This document shows positions 19,733 to 20,742 of a stretch of 20,742 nt of DNA, piece after piece. The notes beneath the pieces are model-generated. The model searched no databases and had not been told where the DNA came from. It saw only the letters and a program-made list of their open reading frames with translations. How positions within the stretch are numbered: position 1 is the stretch's first letter; every line of letters begins with the position of its first letter. Source of the stretch: Armatimonadia bacterium (GTDB lineage Bacteria > Armatimonadota > Zipacnadia > Zipacnadales > UBA11051); the NCBI GenBank assembly GCA_039683575.1, contig JBDKRC010000253.1, forward strand, positions 1-20,742, written 5' to 3'. The translations under genes were made by a program, and so were the position numbers.

Positions 19733-20614
19733 ATGTTCAGCATGATGTTCTGGAAGAAAACCCTGGTTGCTCTGATCTGCATGCCCGTGCTGCTGCTGGT
19801 ACTCTACTACGGCGGCTGGTGGCTGCTCCTGCCAATCATGGCCATCGCCCTCGTCGGCATGGGCGAGTATTACTCGGCCACTTACCGCAAGAACCACCGC
19901 CCTGCAGTCGGTCTGGGCTTCATGACCGGTATTCTGATACTTTTTGTGACGCAGTTCGCCCCGCCAGAGTTGCGTGAAGGTTCGCTTCTGGGCCTCATAA
20001 TCGTTATGGTGGGCGCCACGCTGGTCCTGCAGTTTGGCAACCGGCCAGACCAGTCGGCGGTCGACAACTCCGCCATCACGGCCTTTGGCGTCATCTACGT
20101 GCCGCTGATGCTCTCCTTCCTGCTGCGCCTGCGGCAGATCGACCTTCCCGCAGCCCTCAACTACCCCGGCGCCTTGCCTTTCTGGCACAACACCGGCGCG
20201 GCCCTGCTGGTGGTGGTGCCTGTCTGGATGTGTGACAGCGTCGCGATGGCGGTCGGGAGCGCCTGGGGGCGAACCAAGCTTGCTCCGACCATCAGCCCCA
20301 ATAAGTCGGTTGAAGGCGCCGTGGCAGGCTTTGTCGCCGCCATCGTCGGCGCGATAATCATCGGCGTCACGGTGGGCATGCCGTGGTATCTGGCAGCCGT
20401 GCTCGGGGCCTTCGAGGGCATCGTGGGGCCCCTGGGGGACCTCGGCAAGTCAGTCCTCAAGCGCGACCTGGGCATCAAAGACTTCGGCAACCTCTTCGGC
20501 CCTCACGGCGGCGTGCTGGACCGCTTCGACGCCATAATGTTCAGCCTGCCGCTGGCCTACCTGTACCTGTGGGTATTCTTCATCCCCCACGGCGCCGGCG
20601 TGCCGTGTCTGTAG
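19733..20614 (+). CDS. cdsA: Phosphatidate cytidylyltransferase
   Basis: Motifs W.CD..A..VG..WG.TKLAP.ISPNKSVEG and GDL.KS.LKR.LGIKDFG.LF..HGGVLDRFD. GGAG RBS precedes ATG 19733. Confidence 0.95.
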   Translation: MFSMMFWKKTLVALICMPVLLLVLYYGGWWLLLPIMAIALVGMGEYYSATYRKNHRPAVGLGFMTGILILFVTQFAPPELREGSLLGLIIVMVGATLVLQFGNRPDQSAVDNSAITAFGVIYVPLMLSFLLRLRQIDLPAALNYPGALPFWHNTGAALLVVVPVWMCDSVAMAVGSAWGRTKLAPTISPNKSVEGAVAGFVAAIVGAIIIGVTVGMPWYLAAVLGAFEGIVGPLGDLGKSVLKRDLGIKDFGNLFGPHGGVLDRFDAIMFSLPLAYLYLWVFFIPHGAGVPCL

Positions 20615-20717
20615 GGCGTTTGTACCGTAGGCCATTTCTGCTACAGGCGTAGCGACGTCCGCGTCGCGGGGGGCTCGACTTCGCCGCAACCCGTGCGGGG
20701 CGAGACGCCCGCCTTAC
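20610..20717. repeat. Degenerate REP cluster downstream of cdsA, related to copy 2
   Basis: CTGTAGGGCG at 20610 contains the cdsA stop. GGCGTAGCGACGTCCGCGTCGCGGGGGGCTCGACTTCGCCGC (20646-20687) aligns with the reverse complement of ~1277-1319. Confidence 0.7.
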
Positions 20718-20742
20718 GCGATGCATGGTGGGTACGTACCGC

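Overview
GC-rich bacterial chromosomal window; an Armatimonadota-like origin is only a guess from gene content. It holds 17 housekeeping and envelope genes: two GT2 glycosyltransferases, Trm112-like, O-antigen ligase/TPR, aroQ, Xaa-Pro peptidase, dapB, asd, glgC, GerW/YtfJ-like, AAC(3)/YokD-like, GNAT, FabG-like SDR, heparinase II/III-like lyase, a GT-C-like membrane protein, trxB and cdsA. Many intergenic regions carry GTAG-type REP-like hairpins. The standout is a complete ~1.2-kb IS110-family (IS621-like) element at 11677-12890 (- strand), inserted at a CT core inside a REP hairpin. Its non-coding end carries a readable bridge RNA whose four guide segments match the reconstructed REP target and the circular donor junction, and circularisation would create a TTGACT-17-TATATT promoter. 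Also notable are a REP doublet translated in frame inside the first glycosyltransferase, a small covarying TCNG-loop hairpin nested in different repeats, and a perfect 24-bp operator-like palindrome over the dapB promoter.
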